48,157 nucleotides of DNA from Candidatus Nanohalobium sp. (GTDB lineage: Archaea; Nanohalarchaeota; Nanosalinia; Nanosalinales; Nanosalinaceae), in NCBI GenBank assembly GCA_042217555.1, contig JBDGSL010000054.1, positions 1-48,157 of the forward strand, written 5' to 3'. Positions 17,971-28,499 of the stretch are shown here, piece by piece (position 1 is the first letter of the stretch; the number at the start of each line of letters is the position of its first letter). A program made the position numbers and the translations under genes. A model generated the notes under the pieces. It did no database searches. It was not told where the DNA came from and saw only the letters and a program-made list of their open reading frames with translations.

Positions 17971-18255
17971 TCACTTTTTTAGCGCTTGACTTACTTCTTC
18001 TTGTGAATCGGCTGAGTGTACGGTTCCATTAGCCTGTTTAAGATACTCAATTGCATTCTCTGGAAGGGCACCGTTGATCGAGATATCAAAGCTTTCTCTT
18101 ACATCTTCTCCATCGTACATAGTAGGCCCAACTACTGTGTAGAAGTCTACTTCTTTACTGTCTCTGTTTATTTCCAGAACTTCTGCGCAATCGTCAAATT
18201 CGTAATGGTTTACAAATTTCAGACTGTACTCTGTCCAAAATAACCTAGTGGCCAT
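17971..18255 (-). CDS. Hypothetical protein
   Basis: Acidic 94-aa ORF with AGGTGA SD. Confidence 0.6.
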   Translation of the reverse strand: MATRLFWTEYSLKFVNHYEFDDCAEVLEINRDSKEVDFYTVVGPTMYDGEDVRESFDISINGALPENAIEYLKQANGTVHSADSQEEVSQALKK

Positions 18256-18407
18256 CTCACCTTCTTCGTTTTTGGATTCATATAACTGTATAAATTTGTG
18301 CTTGAGAGATCGCAGGTATCAATATACTAATGGTAGTAGAAAAGTAGAAATCATAGAATATCGTCTTCGCTGACTATGACCATATGCTACATAGAGACAT
18401 TTTTTCC

Positions 18408-18770
18408 TTATTTGAAGTCCTCTACTTCTGTGATTTCTTTTATTTCTTGGTCTGTTGTCAGTATTTTGTTTTCATTGCTGAAAGCTACCTGCAAGGCGTC
18501 GAATGTGTGTAGTCCGTGTTCTTTCATGTAGTGCGCAGCCTCCAGGTATTTGTTCATGTCAGCTTTGACCTCTATCATCATTTCGAGCGTTCCGAGTTTC
18601 TCCTTGGGATCCAGATTTTCTCTTTCACACAGTATCAGAAGTTCGTTTATCGTGACATGGCTCGTATATATTTCATCTTTCCTCTCTTCATAGACTTCTC
18701 TAGAGGACTGTTTCAGCCAGTCTGAGTCTTTTAACAATGCAAATATAAAGTCTGTGTCTGCGTAAATCAT
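18408..18770 (-). CDS. vapC: VapC PIN-domain toxin
   Basis: IYADTD, SHVTINEL, LHTFDALQVA, ILTTD acidic PIN motifs. Confidence 0.9.
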   Translation of the reverse strand: MIYADTDFIFALLKDSDWLKQSSREVYEERKDEIYTSHVTINELLILCERENLDPKEKLGTLEMMIEVKADMNKYLEAAHYMKEHGLHTFDALQVAFSNENKILTTDQEIKEITEVEDFK

Positions 18771-19000
18771 TCTTCTAGTACCTGCTTTTCTGCATCTTCC
18801 CTGACATCTTTCTTTAACTCTTCGACACTCTTGTCCTCTAGCTTCTCCTTCTCCTGGAACTTTTCCACAGGATTTTCCGGTAATGGCATAAACACAAGTC
18901 CATCCTTAGTATCTATGATTCTAAAATCATCTCCGTACTGCTCACGAAGGCTTTTTGGAATGTATACTCTGCCCTGATCATCAACACTAGCAACAGCCAT
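18767..19000 (-). CDS. vapB: AbrB/MazE-type antitoxin (VapB)
   Basis: VDDQGRVYIPKSLRE; 4-nt overlap with the PIN gene. Confidence 0.88.
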   Translation of the reverse strand: MAVASVDDQGRVYIPKSLREQYGDDFRIIDTKDGLVFMPLPENPVEKFQEKEKLEDKSVEELKKDVREDAEKQVLEE

Positions 19001-19229
19001 AATACCACTAACCAAATTTTATTTCCAATAACTTAAACATATTTCCATTGCCTCCAGGTTCTAGAGGGACAACAAATTTTTACTACAGATAGGACGACCT
19101 GAGGTTCTTTCCCCTAACTTTTCTCTTCAAATCATCTAATATGAAGTAAGCAATGGATGAAGCAGGAAAATAGGTTTTACCTTAGCTAGTCTAGAGAGCA
19201 GGTTGTTTAAGATTGGGAAAGAGGAGTTT

Positions 19230-19490
19230 TTAGAGGATGTCGTCTTCGCTGACTATGACGAAGTCTCCTACGCTTCTGACTGCTGAGAAGGGTATGATGC
19301 TTCTTCCTTTCTTGTCGGATTGGAGCTGTTCTTCGTCCAGGTGCTGTGTTGTGTCGGTTACTAGCAGGTTCATGAGTTCGCCTGTGTCTCCGACGAAGGA
19401 GAGGTCGTTGACTGTACCGAATTTTTTACCGTGTTCTTCGGATACTACTGTTTTACCGGTTATTTCTTTTCCGCGTGGTGTGGCTGGCAC
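19230..19490 (-). CDS. PRC-barrel protein (CdpB-like)
   Basis: GKTVVSEE.GKKFGTV.DL...IIPFSAVRSVGDFVIV. Confidence 0.88.
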   Translation of the reverse strand: MPATPRGKEITGKTVVSEEHGKKFGTVNDLSFVGDTGELMNLLVTDTTQHLDEEQLQSDKKGRSIIPFSAVRSVGDFVIVSEDDIL

Positions 19491-19545
19491 TGGTTTTGTT
19501 CACCTTACAGTACAGTTTTTAGGGATGGAGAGTTAAAAACTTTCC

Positions 19546-20079
19546 ATGCGTGCGTTCACAGCGGTCGATGTAGAGGATGACAAGCTTCTGAAGCAACTGG
19601 TGGAGATACGAGAGGAGCTGAATCACGGTTTCAACCCTGTGCCCCGGGAGAAGATGCATTTAACGCTTCAGTTCTTTCAGGACCTGCAGGAAGAGGATGT
19701 GGATGAACTGGTTTCGGCCATGAAGGATGTAAGTACCGGGCCTTTCTCGGCCGATGTCAAGGGTGTAGGAGTGTTTCCCTCCCGCCGAAATGTACGGGTT
19801 GTATGGGCCGGCGTGAAATCAGATGAACTTCATGAACTGAAACGTCAGGTCTCTGATCACCGGGTGGATGCGGACAACCGGTACGACTTCAAACCACATA
19901 TCACACTGGCACGTGTCAATAGGATATCAAGGAGCGACAGGAAAAGCTTCAGAAAAGGCCTGGAGAGAAGGGAGAACAGTTTCTTCGGAGAACTGTCTGT
20001 GGAAAAGGTGAAGCTTTTTGAAAGCGTTCAGACAGGAGATGGCACCAGTTATAGGGTTCTGGAAGGTGTTCATCTGTGA
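19546..20079 (+). CDS. thpR: RNA 2',3'-cyclic phosphodiesterase (2H family)
   Basis: MRAFTAVD, two HxT motifs (MHLTLQF, PHITLAR), RVVWAG. Confidence 0.92.
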   Translation: MRAFTAVDVEDDKLLKQLVEIREELNHGFNPVPREKMHLTLQFFQDLQEEDVDELVSAMKDVSTGPFSADVKGVGVFPSRRNVRVVWAGVKSDELHELKRQVSDHRVDADNRYDFKPHITLARVNRISRSDRKSFRKGLERRENSFFGELSVEKVKLFESVQTGDGTSYRVLEGVHL

Positions 20080-20417
20080 AAAGATCTTTTTTCGCCCGGC
20101 TATGTCTTCTGACCTCTGTACTGGGCCTGCTGGTTATGCACGTATCCACAGTTTTTATCCAGCCTGAAGCTGTTTCACCAGGAGAGTTAAGCAGAACAGA
20201 TGCAGGAGAAACTGTCAGAGTTACGGGGAATGTTTCCGGCTTCTACAGCACTGATTCAGGGTCTTTCTTCACTTTGAAAGGTTCTGAAGGCGGTGTCAAA
20301 GTAGCGGATTTTAAGGGTAGACGTCTTGAGAACGGTGAAAGGGTTTCGGTCTCCGGCAGTGTCAAACTTTACAGAGGGGAGATGGAGATTGTTTCGACTG
20401 AAATCGAACAGAAATGA
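20076..20417 (+). CDS. Membrane-anchored OB-fold protein
   Basis: N-terminal TM; VRVTGNV...VSVSGSVKLYRGEMEI. Confidence 0.75.
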   Translation: MKRSFFARLCLLTSVLGLLVMHVSTVFIQPEAVSPGELSRTDAGETVRVTGNVSGFYSTDSGSFFTLKGSEGGVKVADFKGRRLENGERVSVSGSVKLYRGEMEIVSTEIEQK

Positions 20418-20486
20418 AAAGATGTTAAAGTAAGCAGAAAGCACTGCACTTTCTGTGTCCCTGATAGATCTGGATCATGGTTTTCC

Positions 20487-21060
20487 GTGGAGTCTCCCGG
20501 GGTAAGAGGGAGGGAAAGAGCTGTAAAACTGCTGGAGGATGTCGACCTGGGAGATAGAACACAGCATCGTCCCAGTGAACTTTCTGGAGGGCAGAGACAG
20601 AGAGTATCGATAGCCCGGGCACTGGCAAACGACCCTGAAATCGTCCTGGCAGATGAACTTACAGGAAACCTGGATACAGACACAGGAGCCAGGATAATGC
20701 AGCTTCTGACAGAGCTGAACGAGGAGGGAAAAACAATAGTTATGGTTACACACGATCCGAAAGACGCAGAGTACGCAGATAGACAGGAGTTTGTCACTGT
20801 TCTCGGAATGCCTACTGATGCACGAGAGCTTATCAAGGAGAGCTGGGCTCTGGAACTGGATGAAGGCAGAGGTATAGAGCCAACGGACAAGTCCAACATA
20901 GTCATCGGCAGCGCCGTCGCCAGGAACCACTTCGGAGAGGAGATAGACCTCAGATCAAAACTGAAGGTAAATAGCGAAGACTTCCGCGTAGTCGGAACCT
21001 ACAAACCCACAGGCGATCCAAGCATAGACCAGGCTGTCGTCATGCCATACCCTCGGCCCA
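20487..21060 (+). pseudogene. Deleted ABC transporter operon: LolD/MacB-type ATPase C-half fused to a permease fragment
   Basis: [20 protein letters not shown] and MVTHD present but no Walker A; then a MacB-type core fragment (IVIGS...FRVVG...DQAVVMP). Confidence 0.75.
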
Positions 21061-21200
21061 GAACTGATCCTGGGGTCAATCATATTCTCCTTTACAGTCG
21101 GAGTACTTTCAGGAGTTTTACCGGCAAGAAGAGCAGCGAAAATGCCGCCGGCGGAAGCACTGAGATATGAGTGAAGAAAGAAAGGCAAGAAGAAAAGGTC

Positions 21201-22238
21201 CTAGAAGTGTTCTGGAAGGGTTTCAAAGCAGTCTTCCATGAACTCTACTGTAGCCTCCAGGTCGGAAAGCTTCAGAACTTCCGTGGCCGAATGCATGTTC
21301 CTCAGAGGCACTCCGATAGAACCTGTAGGGATACCCTCTCTGACAAGGTAGATGTTCGCAGCATCCGTGGCACCTCCTTCCCAGACACCGGGCTGGTAAT
21401 CATGTTCCTTTTCTTCTGCAGTGTCTCTAAGCCAGTCCTTCACTGTTTCAGGAGTGATAAGCCCTCTTCCCTTTGACTGAACCATGGTGATCTCAACTCC
21501 TTCACCCATCTCCAGATCGGACTCCTGCTGTTCAATACCGGGTACGTCTCCAGCGATCGAGACATCAACGGCCAGGGCCACGTCAGGGTCAAGGCCGAAG
21601 GCAGCAGTCTTGGCTCCCTTCAAACCTACCTCTTCCTGAGTTGAAAAGACAACAGCAAGCTCGTACCCTCCTTCAAACCGTTTTAAAGCCTCTACAGCTG
21701 CGGCACAACCTACCCTGTTGTCCATTGCCATAGAAGTGACGTAGTCTTCCTGAAGCTCCTTAAAACTTCTCTCAAACGTGATGTAATCTCCTACACGTAT
21801 ACCTGCGTCTTCTACTTCTTCCTCATCCTCTGCACCTATGTCAATAAACAGGCTGTCTTCATCGGGCAGATCCTCCCTCTTCTCCTTATCCATGAGGTGA
21901 GTAGGTTTCATACCTATCACTCCTGTCACATCGCCGTTCTCTGCGTGTACAGTAACCCGCTGGTTCATTAAAGACTGAGTGGTCACCCCGCCAACCTTGG
22001 AAAATCGGATAAAACCATTCTCATCGACTGTCTGAACAGTAAGCCCGATCTGGTCCATGTGGGCGGCGATCATCAACGTCTTCCCGCCTTCACCCTTCCT
22101 GGCAACCAGGTTACCGAAGTCGTCAACTTCAACAGAGTCAGCATGATCCTCTACTTTTTCCCGGATTTTCTCTCTTATCCTGTGCTCATCCCCGGAGACG
22201 CCCGGAGTCTCAACCAGTTCCTTCAGAAGCTGCTTCAT
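21201..22238 (-). CDS. M42 family (TET) aminopeptidase
   Basis: AAHMDQIG, MDNRVG, STQEEVGLKGA, VDV, GGATDA, RNMHS. Confidence 0.93.
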   Translation of the reverse strand: MKQLLKELVETPGVSGDEHRIREKIREKVEDHADSVEVDDFGNLVARKGEGGKTLMIAAHMDQIGLTVQTVDENGFIRFSKVGGVTTQSLMNQRVTVHAENGDVTGVIGMKPTHLMDKEKREDLPDEDSLFIDIGAEDEEEVEDAGIRVGDYITFERSFKELQEDYVTSMAMDNRVGCAAAVEALKRFEGGYELAVVFSTQEEVGLKGAKTAAFGLDPDVALAVDVSIAGDVPGIEQQESDLEMGEGVEITMVQSKGRGLITPETVKDWLRDTAEEKEHDYQPGVWEGGATDAANIYLVREGIPTGSIGVPLRNMHSATEVLKLSDLEATVEFMEDCFETLPEHF

Positions 22239-22292
22239 AACTGAAGAGTTTGCATATCAAGCTTTAAACTGTAACCGTCCCAGTCTACAAAC

Positions 22293-22673
22293 ATGATACG
22301 ATACCTGGCAGCACTCCTCCTGCTGCTGCCGTTCCTTGACTTCTACCTTTTGATCCAGGTAGCAGAAGTTATAGGCCTACTTGAAGCAGTAGCATTCTCA
22401 GTAGCTACAGGAGTACTCGGAGCAGCACTGATAAAGAGAGAAGGCCGATACGTGATGAAAAAACTTCAGATGTCGGTAACAGGTGAAGAAGCTGCCAGAA
22501 ACTTCGCAGAAGGATTTATACTCGTAATCTCGGGCCTGATGCTTCTAAGCCCCGGCTTCCTTACAGACGGGTTAGGAGCACTTATCTCATTCCGGCCTAT
22601 CCGTGAAAGAACAGTGGCGAAGATAACAGAAAGATTCAGAACAGATATACAGGTAGAGTTCCAGGTTTTCTAA
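22293..22673 (+). CDS. fxsA: FxsA family membrane protein
   Basis: LLLPFLDFYLLI...LLSPGFLTDGLG. Confidence 0.85.
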   Translation: MIRYLAALLLLLPFLDFYLLIQVAEVIGLLEAVAFSVATGVLGAALIKREGRYVMKKLQMSVTGEEAARNFAEGFILVISGLMLLSPGFLTDGLGALISFRPIRERTVAKITERFRTDIQVEFQVF

Positions 22674-22677
22674 AACT

Positions 22678-23778
22678 TCACGACTTCTCCGCTAATCTAA
22701 GCATAACTTCAGACATCTCCTCAACCCTTGACTTCAAATCCTCAAACTCGTCTCTTTCAACACCTTCAGAACCTTCAACACTGTCCAACCGTTTCTCAAG
22801 GCTGCTGAACCGTTCCTCCACCCCATTAACAAGCTCTAACTCCTCAGAACCTGCGATATACGCCTCATCACTCTCCATATCAGTTTTTAAATCTTCCAAT
22901 TCTTCATCAAGACGCATCTCGAACTCCTCTCTCAACTCATCGACTTTCCTTTCAAGCATGGCCTCCTCCACAACGTCCTCAACCTCATCACTCTCTAGCT
23001 CAGACCTCAGATCTTCTATCGACTGTCTGATCTCCTCGGAACGACTTTCCAGCCTCAGATCGAACTCTTCACGTAGATTTTCTATTCTTCTCTCAACACT
23101 GGAGACATCAGCTTTCTCATCAAGCTCCTCACGGGAAACCCTGTCCTTAAGACTCTCCACTTCACTGTTCAAGACTTCAAGTCTCTCCAGCCGCTCCCTT
23201 CTAATATCCTCAAGCTTTTCCTCCAAACCGGAAACATCTACAACTTCATCAAACCGTACAGAACCAATCTCATCTTCCAGAAGATCCAGACGCTTCCCAA
23301 GATCTTTCAAAGACTCACTTAACTCCTTTTCACTGCTTTCAACACTGCTAACCCTGTTTTCAACCTGTCTGATTCTTCTCTCCTCGGCCTCAACAGCCTC
23401 TTCAACTATATTTTCACGTAACTCCTCGGCACTCATCTCAAGCCCGGCCTCAAGACGATCCACAGCAGCCTCAAGCAACTCCACACGATCCTCAAGCTCC
23501 TCACCACCCATCTCAGGCCTCTCAACCTCCCTCTCAACACTGGAAACATCAACAGCCTCCTCCAACTCCAACTCACGAACATCCTCAGCATGCCTCTCAA
23601 ATATAACCTTCTGCCTATCACGCAAATCCTCAACAACACTCTCCAAACGATCAACCTGCTCAATCAACTCCTCAGGACTACGCATATCCTCAACATCAAC
23701 CTCACCACGCCTGTCCTTAACACTCTCAACAGAAGAACTCACAGCATCCTCCACATCAGAACCACCAAGCAAACCCAT
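22678..23778 (-). CDS. Acidic coiled-coil protein
   Basis: Heptad-rich E/L/R sequence with recurring DVS(S/G)(V/L)E; likely ATG at 23778. Confidence 0.7.
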   Translation of the reverse strand: MGLLGGSDVEDAVSSSVESVKDRRGEVDVEDMRSPEELIEQVDRLESVVEDLRDRQKVIFERHAEDVRELELEEAVDVSSVEREVERPEMGGEELEDRVELLEAAVDRLEAGLEMSAEELRENIVEEAVEAEERRIRQVENRVSSVESSEKELSESLKDLGKRLDLLEDEIGSVRFDEVVDVSGLEEKLEDIRRERLERLEVLNSEVESLKDRVSREELDEKADVSSVERRIENLREEFDLRLESRSEEIRQSIEDLRSELESDEVEDVVEEAMLERKVDELREEFEMRLDEELEDLKTDMESDEAYIAGSEELELVNGVEERFSSLEKRLDSVEGSEGVERDEFEDLKSRVEEMSEVMLRLAEKS

Positions 23779-23836
23779 CAAAACAGAAATTAACACTGCC
23801 AATTTAAACAACTTACTACCAAAACAACCAAACAAA

Positions 23837-24090
23837 GCCTCGGTGGCTCAGCCTGGCTAGAGCGGTCCCCTCGTAAGGTTACGCTCTCCATGAAACTCCT
23901 CTGGAGTTTCGGTGAACGCACAAAATTACTGTGTGATTTTGGAGTACATCGCAAGAAGCCATTCGGAGAATGGTTTACAGGAAGATTTCGGATTCGAACG
24001 CACATGAGAATGGAACCATGGTGACCGCGAGGTCATCAGGCTCCGACCTAAGATAGGGACAGGTCCCGGGTTCAAATCCCGGCCGGGGCT
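23837..24090 (+). tRNA. tRNA-Thr(CGT) with 179-nt intron at 37/38 (23876-24054)
   Basis: Acceptor GCCTCGG/CCGGGGC+T, D arm GCTC..GAGC, anticodon stem GTCCC/GGGAC, loop CT-CGT-A|A, T arm CCGGG-TTCAAAT-CCCGG; relaxed BHB at the junctions. Confidence 0.9.
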
Positions 24091-24160
24091 CATCGAATCT
24101 TATTCTGTATCCCACGGAGGTTGGTATCAACCCCACAAGACCCAATAAAGGGTGTGGGAT

Positions 24161-24670
24161 ATGACAAAAGACTACAATACAGACGATATAGACGATAAGC
24201 TCGAAGAATTGCAAAACCTGGAGGAGATTTCTGACTCCAACAAAAATCTTCTAACTGAATTTGTCCAGTACTTGAGAGCCGACAGTGATGTTTCCTGTCA
24301 GAGACAGTACAAGTACCTTTACACCTTCAAGACACTTCTCACAAGCGACAATAAGGAAGATGAAGCCTTCATACAATTTGATTTAGAGGAAGCATCTAAA
24401 GACGATATGCGGAAGGCGGTAGGGAAGATACAGGCCTCAAGCTATAGTGAATGGTCTAAAAGAGACATGAAAGTCAGTTTAAAGAAGCTCTTCAGGACCA
24501 TACACGAGGAAGAAACTGAAAGACCTAAACGAATCAAGAAAATTCTGAATGCTCAGTTCATGAAGACAGGAAAAAAGATCGAAAACAAGAAGGAGACCCT
24601 GATGCTAGTTTATGGGCTACGAAACCCTTTAAGCCCAAGAATATGCATTGGGAAACCTATGAAGAACTAA
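24161..24670 (+). pseudogene. Truncated tyrosine integrase (N-terminal domain only)
   Basis: Next to the tRNA 3' end; SNKNLLTEF..YL...LEEASKDD.....YSEWSKRDMKVSLKKLFR pattern; no catalytic R/H-x-x-R/Y region. Confidence 0.65.
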
Positions 24671-24802
24671 TAAAGGAATGGGAGTGCTGGGATAAGTTAC
24701 ACAACATACTTGGCCTTGAGAAAATGACGGACTTTGTGGATGATTGTAAAGATACTATTAACTAAGAAAATAGAAGAAAGAAGGAAAGTTCCTTAATTGA
24801 AA

Positions 24803-25138
24803 TTAATTGGTGATTACGTTAATCGGTTCCGTCCTACCCAGATTTCTCATAAACTCTTCAACTTCTTCTTCGTCTTCTTCTAGAACTTTTTCTGCTTCAA
24901 CGAATCTTTGCTGACCTCTTTCATAGACATCTTCTGGATCTGCATAGCCAGCTACCAGAGTAGAAACTGTGTCAGACTTTTGATGATAAACTTCTCTTGC
25001 CACAACGGTCCTGTCTTCATCTAAATCAAAGAATTCAGCCTCATAAGCTTTCGGCCCCGTTGGTGCTAAGACTGTTTCAGGTTTTTCGTTCTCAGTTACT
25101 CGAAATTCGTAGGTTTCGTCATCAGTCATTTGATCCAC
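24803..25138 (-). CDS. Hypothetical acidic protein
   Basis: 111-aa acidic ORF. Confidence 0.65.
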   Translation of the reverse strand: MDQMTDDETYEFRVTENEKPETVLAPTGPKAYEAEFFDLDEDRTVVAREVYHQKSDTVSTLVAGYADPEDVYERGQQRFVEAEKVLEEDEEEVEEFMRNLGRTEPINVITN

Positions 25139-25321
25139 CGTATGTTGTTATGGTAAAGTAACACTTAAATAAATTAGGGGGGGTGTTCTTTATCGGCTTT
25201 GTTCAAAAACTTGTCGAAAATACAAGCTTACGGATGCAGATAGAAGTTACAACAAATGACATTTTGTTGTAAACTGAGTTTTCAAGTCAAAAAAGCTTGT
25301 CATTGAGATTTTTGTGCTATC

Positions 25322-26404
25322 TTAGATAAAGTCCTTTACGGTTTCGAAGAAGTTTTTCTGCTGTTCTGGTTCTCTGGTTAGTTCTTCTAGTTTTTCGGTT
25401 CCGTCTGTGTTTACTGGTATCTGGACGTCGATTTTGAGGTAGAGGTCGCCTTTTTTTCTTCTGCGTCTCTGGCTTGGCATGCCTTTGTTCTGTACTCTGA
25501 GGACTTGGCCGGGCTGTGTGCCTTCCGGTATTTCTATCTTCAGTTTTCCTTCCGGGTGCTGTATCTTGGCTTCTTTTCCGAGTGCTGCGTCGCCGGCTCC
25601 TACTTTCAGAGTGGTGTACAGGTCACTGTCTCTTCTCTCTATCAGTTCGTCTTCTTCTACGTGTACGATGAGGTAGAGGTCGCCGTTTCGGCCATTTCTT
25701 GACTCGTGGCCTTTTCCGTTCAGTTTAAGCCTTTGACCGTCTTTCACTCCTGGTGGTATGTCTACGCTGATCGTCTCTTTCTGGTCTGTAAGGCCTTCCC
25801 CGCTGCACTCCGAGCATTTCTCCTCAGGGATTTCTCCTGTACCGTTACATTTCGGGCACTCCTGTACTGTCTGCGTCCTGCCGAAGATCGACTGTTCTAT
25901 TTTTCGGACTCTTCCCTGTCCGTTGCACTCGGGACATGTCGATGTCTCACCGTTTTCCGCACCGCTTCCTCCGCATTCAGGACACTGCTGTTTCCTCTCT
26001 ACTTCGAAGGTTTTCTCAACGCCGGAGTACGCATCCTCCAGGGTAACTGTAGTACTCATTTTCATGTCCTGGCCTCTACCCTGTCTTCTTCTGCGGCCGC
26101 CGCCGAAGCCTCCACCTCCGAATATCTCCTCGAACAGATCCTGGAAGTTGGAGGCAGCCTGTCGCTGACCTCTCCCAGCGTGACCTTCCACACCCTGTTT
26201 GCCGAACCTGTCGTACTTCTTTCTCTTATCCTCGTCGGAGAGAACGTCGTACGCCTTGTTTATCTTCTTGAACTTCTCCTCATCCGCTTCCTCGGAGTTG
26301 GAGTCAGGATGGTATTTTTTCGCCTTCTTCCTGTAAGCCTTCTTTATCTCGTCCTGAGAAGCGTCTTCATCGACGCCTAAAAGTTCGTAGTATTCTTTCG
26401 CCAT
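25322..26404 (-). CDS. dnaJ: Chaperone DnaJ
   Basis: HPD J-domain, G/F region, four CxxCxGxG repeats. Confidence 0.97.
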   Translation of the reverse strand: MAKEYYELLGVDEDASQDEIKKAYRKKAKKYHPDSNSEEADEEKFKKINKAYDVLSDEDKRKKYDRFGKQGVEGHAGRGQRQAASNFQDLFEEIFGGGGFGGGRRRRQGRGQDMKMSTTVTLEDAYSGVEKTFEVERKQQCPECGGSGAENGETSTCPECNGQGRVRKIEQSIFGRTQTVQECPKCNGTGEIPEEKCSECSGEGLTDQKETISVDIPPGVKDGQRLKLNGKGHESRNGRNGDLYLIVHVEEDELIERRDSDLYTTLKVGAGDAALGKEAKIQHPEGKLKIEIPEGTQPGQVLRVQNKGMPSQRRRRKKGDLYLKIDVQIPVNTDGTEKLEELTREPEQQKNFFETVKDFI

Positions 26405-26490
26405 CGAACTTCACAAAGTTCGATCATGTGGAGCTGCGCTTCGGCAGCTCTCGGTAAGATTTTGAAGGAAAGAGTATGGAGAAGAGGTCA

Positions 26491-28431
26491 TTATTCTTCC
26501 TTCTCCTCTTCCTGGTCGGTGTCGACTTCTTCGTAGTCCGCATCGACTACGTCTTCTCCCGAGTTTCCTCCTTGTCCGGCTACGTCTCCCATGTTCATGT
26601 TCTGGGCTGCTTCTTTAAGGTCTTCTTCGCTCATGTTGGAAGGGTCAAAGCCTGCGCCTCCCATTCCGCCGGGAGCACCTTCTCCACCGTACATCTCCTG
26701 GCCGATCTCCTGTAACTCGTTTTCCAGGTCTTCGATAGCGGAGTCGATGTGTTCCGAGGCTTCTTCCAGGTCGTCGATGTCTTCTGCTTCTTCTTTGGCG
26801 TCTTCTACGTCTTCGATCGCGTCTTCAATCGAGTCTATGACTTCTTCGTCGACCTGGTCTTCGAAGTTGTCGATCTGGGTCTCTGCCTGTGAGACGATGC
26901 TGTCGGCTTTGTTCTTGGTTTCGATGAACTCACGTTTCAGCTCGTCTTCTTCCTCGTGTTTCTCTGCTTCCTCCTTCATCTCTTCGATTTCTTCATCGTC
27001 GAGCCGGGAAGCATCGTCGATTGAAATTGAGGCTTCTTCTCCGCTCTGCTGCTCCTCTGCGGAGACGTTGAGGATTCCATCTGCGTCGATCTCGAATGTT
27101 ACTTCGATCTGTGGCTGTCCGGCTGGTGCTGGAGGGATGCCCTGTAGGTTGAACTGTCCGAGGGACTTGTTGTCCTGTGCCATCTCCCTTTCTCCCTGTA
27201 CAACGTGTACGGTTACCATGGACTGGTTGTCCTGCGCTGTAGTGAATGTCTTGGACTCTTCTGCCGGGATTGTCGTGTTTTTCTCGATAAGGGTTTCTGT
27301 GAGGCCTCCTTTGACTTCGACACCCAGTGAAAGCGGTGCTACGTCAAGTAGTAGCATGTCGTCCATCTCTCCCGAGATGCTTCCGGCCTGGACTGCTGCG
27401 CCCTGTGCGACTGCTTCGGCAGGGTTGACTGACTGATCTGGCTCCATGCCTGTGATGGCCTGTACGTGTTCTCTGACTGCGGGAACTCTGGTTGTTCCTC
27501 CGACGAGGATTACTTCGTCAATATCTGATTTCTCTATTTCTGCGTCTTCGATTGCTGTCTCTGTCGGCTCTGTGGTTCTCTGGATCAGGTCTTCTGTGAG
27601 GTCCTCGAACTTTGAACGGGTTAGTTCGTAGTCTATATTGTATGTTTCGCCGTCTTCCTGGTGGATGAACGGTATGTTGATCGTAGTCTGTTTTCGGCTG
27701 GAGAGTTCTTTCTTGGCTTCCTCTGCGTTTTCACGGATCCGCTGCATCGCCTCGTCCTCATCTGAGAGATCGATGCTGTTCTCATCTTCAAACTTCTCCA
27801 GCACCCAGTCTATTATCTCCTGGTCGAAGTCGTCTCCACCCAGATCGTTGTCTCCTTCGGTGCTCTGCACTTCGTAGATTCCGTCTCCCATCTCCAGAAC
27901 GGTTACGTCAAATGTTCCTCCTCCAAAGTCGTAGACAAGAACAGTCTTCTCCGATTCGTCGTCAAGTCCGTATGCCAGTGCGGCAGCTGTCGGCTCGTTC
28001 AGAATTCTCTCCACTTCAAGGCCTGCAATCTCTCCCGCATCTTTCGTAGCCTGTCTCTGAGCATCATTAAAGTGTGCAGGAACTGTGATAACAGCTTTTT
28101 CCACTTCTTCTCCTAGTTTGTCCTCCGCATTGTTCTTCAGCTTCTGCAGAATCATCGAGGAGATCTGCTGTGGCGTGTAGTCATCTCCTTCAAGATCTAC
28201 CTCGTAATCTTCTCCCATGTGCCGCTTGATCGACTTTACAGTATTCTCTTCATTTGTCAGTAACTGGTTCTTCGCCGGCTTACCGACCAGGCGTTCGCCG
28301 TCGTCAAAAGCCACTATCGAAGGTGTGACACGTTCACCTTCTGCATTTTCAATTATTTCTGGTTCTCCATCTTTAATGTGTGCCATTGCACTTCTTGTTG
28401 TACCGAGGTCAATACCGAGGATCTTAGCCAT
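26491..28431 (-). CDS. dnaK: Chaperone DnaK (Hsp70)
   Basis: [33 protein letters not shown]. Confidence 0.98.
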   Translation of the reverse strand: MAKILGIDLGTTRSAMAHIKDGEPEIIENAEGERVTPSIVAFDDGERLVGKPAKNQLLTNEENTVKSIKRHMGEDYEVDLEGDDYTPQQISSMILQKLKNNAEDKLGEEVEKAVITVPAHFNDAQRQATKDAGEIAGLEVERILNEPTAAALAYGLDDESEKTVLVYDFGGGTFDVTVLEMGDGIYEVQSTEGDNDLGGDDFDQEIIDWVLEKFEDENSIDLSDEDEAMQRIRENAEEAKKELSSRKQTTINIPFIHQEDGETYNIDYELTRSKFEDLTEDLIQRTTEPTETAIEDAEIEKSDIDEVILVGGTTRVPAVREHVQAITGMEPDQSVNPAEAVAQGAAVQAGSISGEMDDMLLLDVAPLSLGVEVKGGLTETLIEKNTTIPAEESKTFTTAQDNQSMVTVHVVQGEREMAQDNKSLGQFNLQGIPPAPAGQPQIEVTFEIDADGILNVSAEEQQSGEEASISIDDASRLDDEEIEEMKEEAEKHEEEDELKREFIETKNKADSIVSQAETQIDNFEDQVDEEVIDSIEDAIEDVEDAKEEAEDIDDLEEASEHIDSAIEDLENELQEIGQEMYGGEGAPGGMGGAGFDPSNMSEEDLKEAAQNMNMGDVAGQGGNSGEDVVDADYEEVDTDQEEEKEE

Positions 28432-28499
28432 TTTCTGTTTTCACCTACAACTGTTTTTGTTTACGTGAATAAAAATTTTAAACGGAACCGTTCTAGGCT

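Noticed and set aside
22958..23860. 300-aa Ser-rich + strand ORF
   Set aside because: Antisense shadow of the Glu-rich coiled-coil gene.
23790..24214. ORFs overlapping the tRNA and its intron
   Set aside because: They span tRNA exons; no intron-contained ORF of homing-endonuclease size.
26591..27436. 281-aa + strand ORF in dnaK
   Set aside because: Antisense shadow; the same applies to 183-743, 7552-8226, 25706-26380 and 42978-43766.
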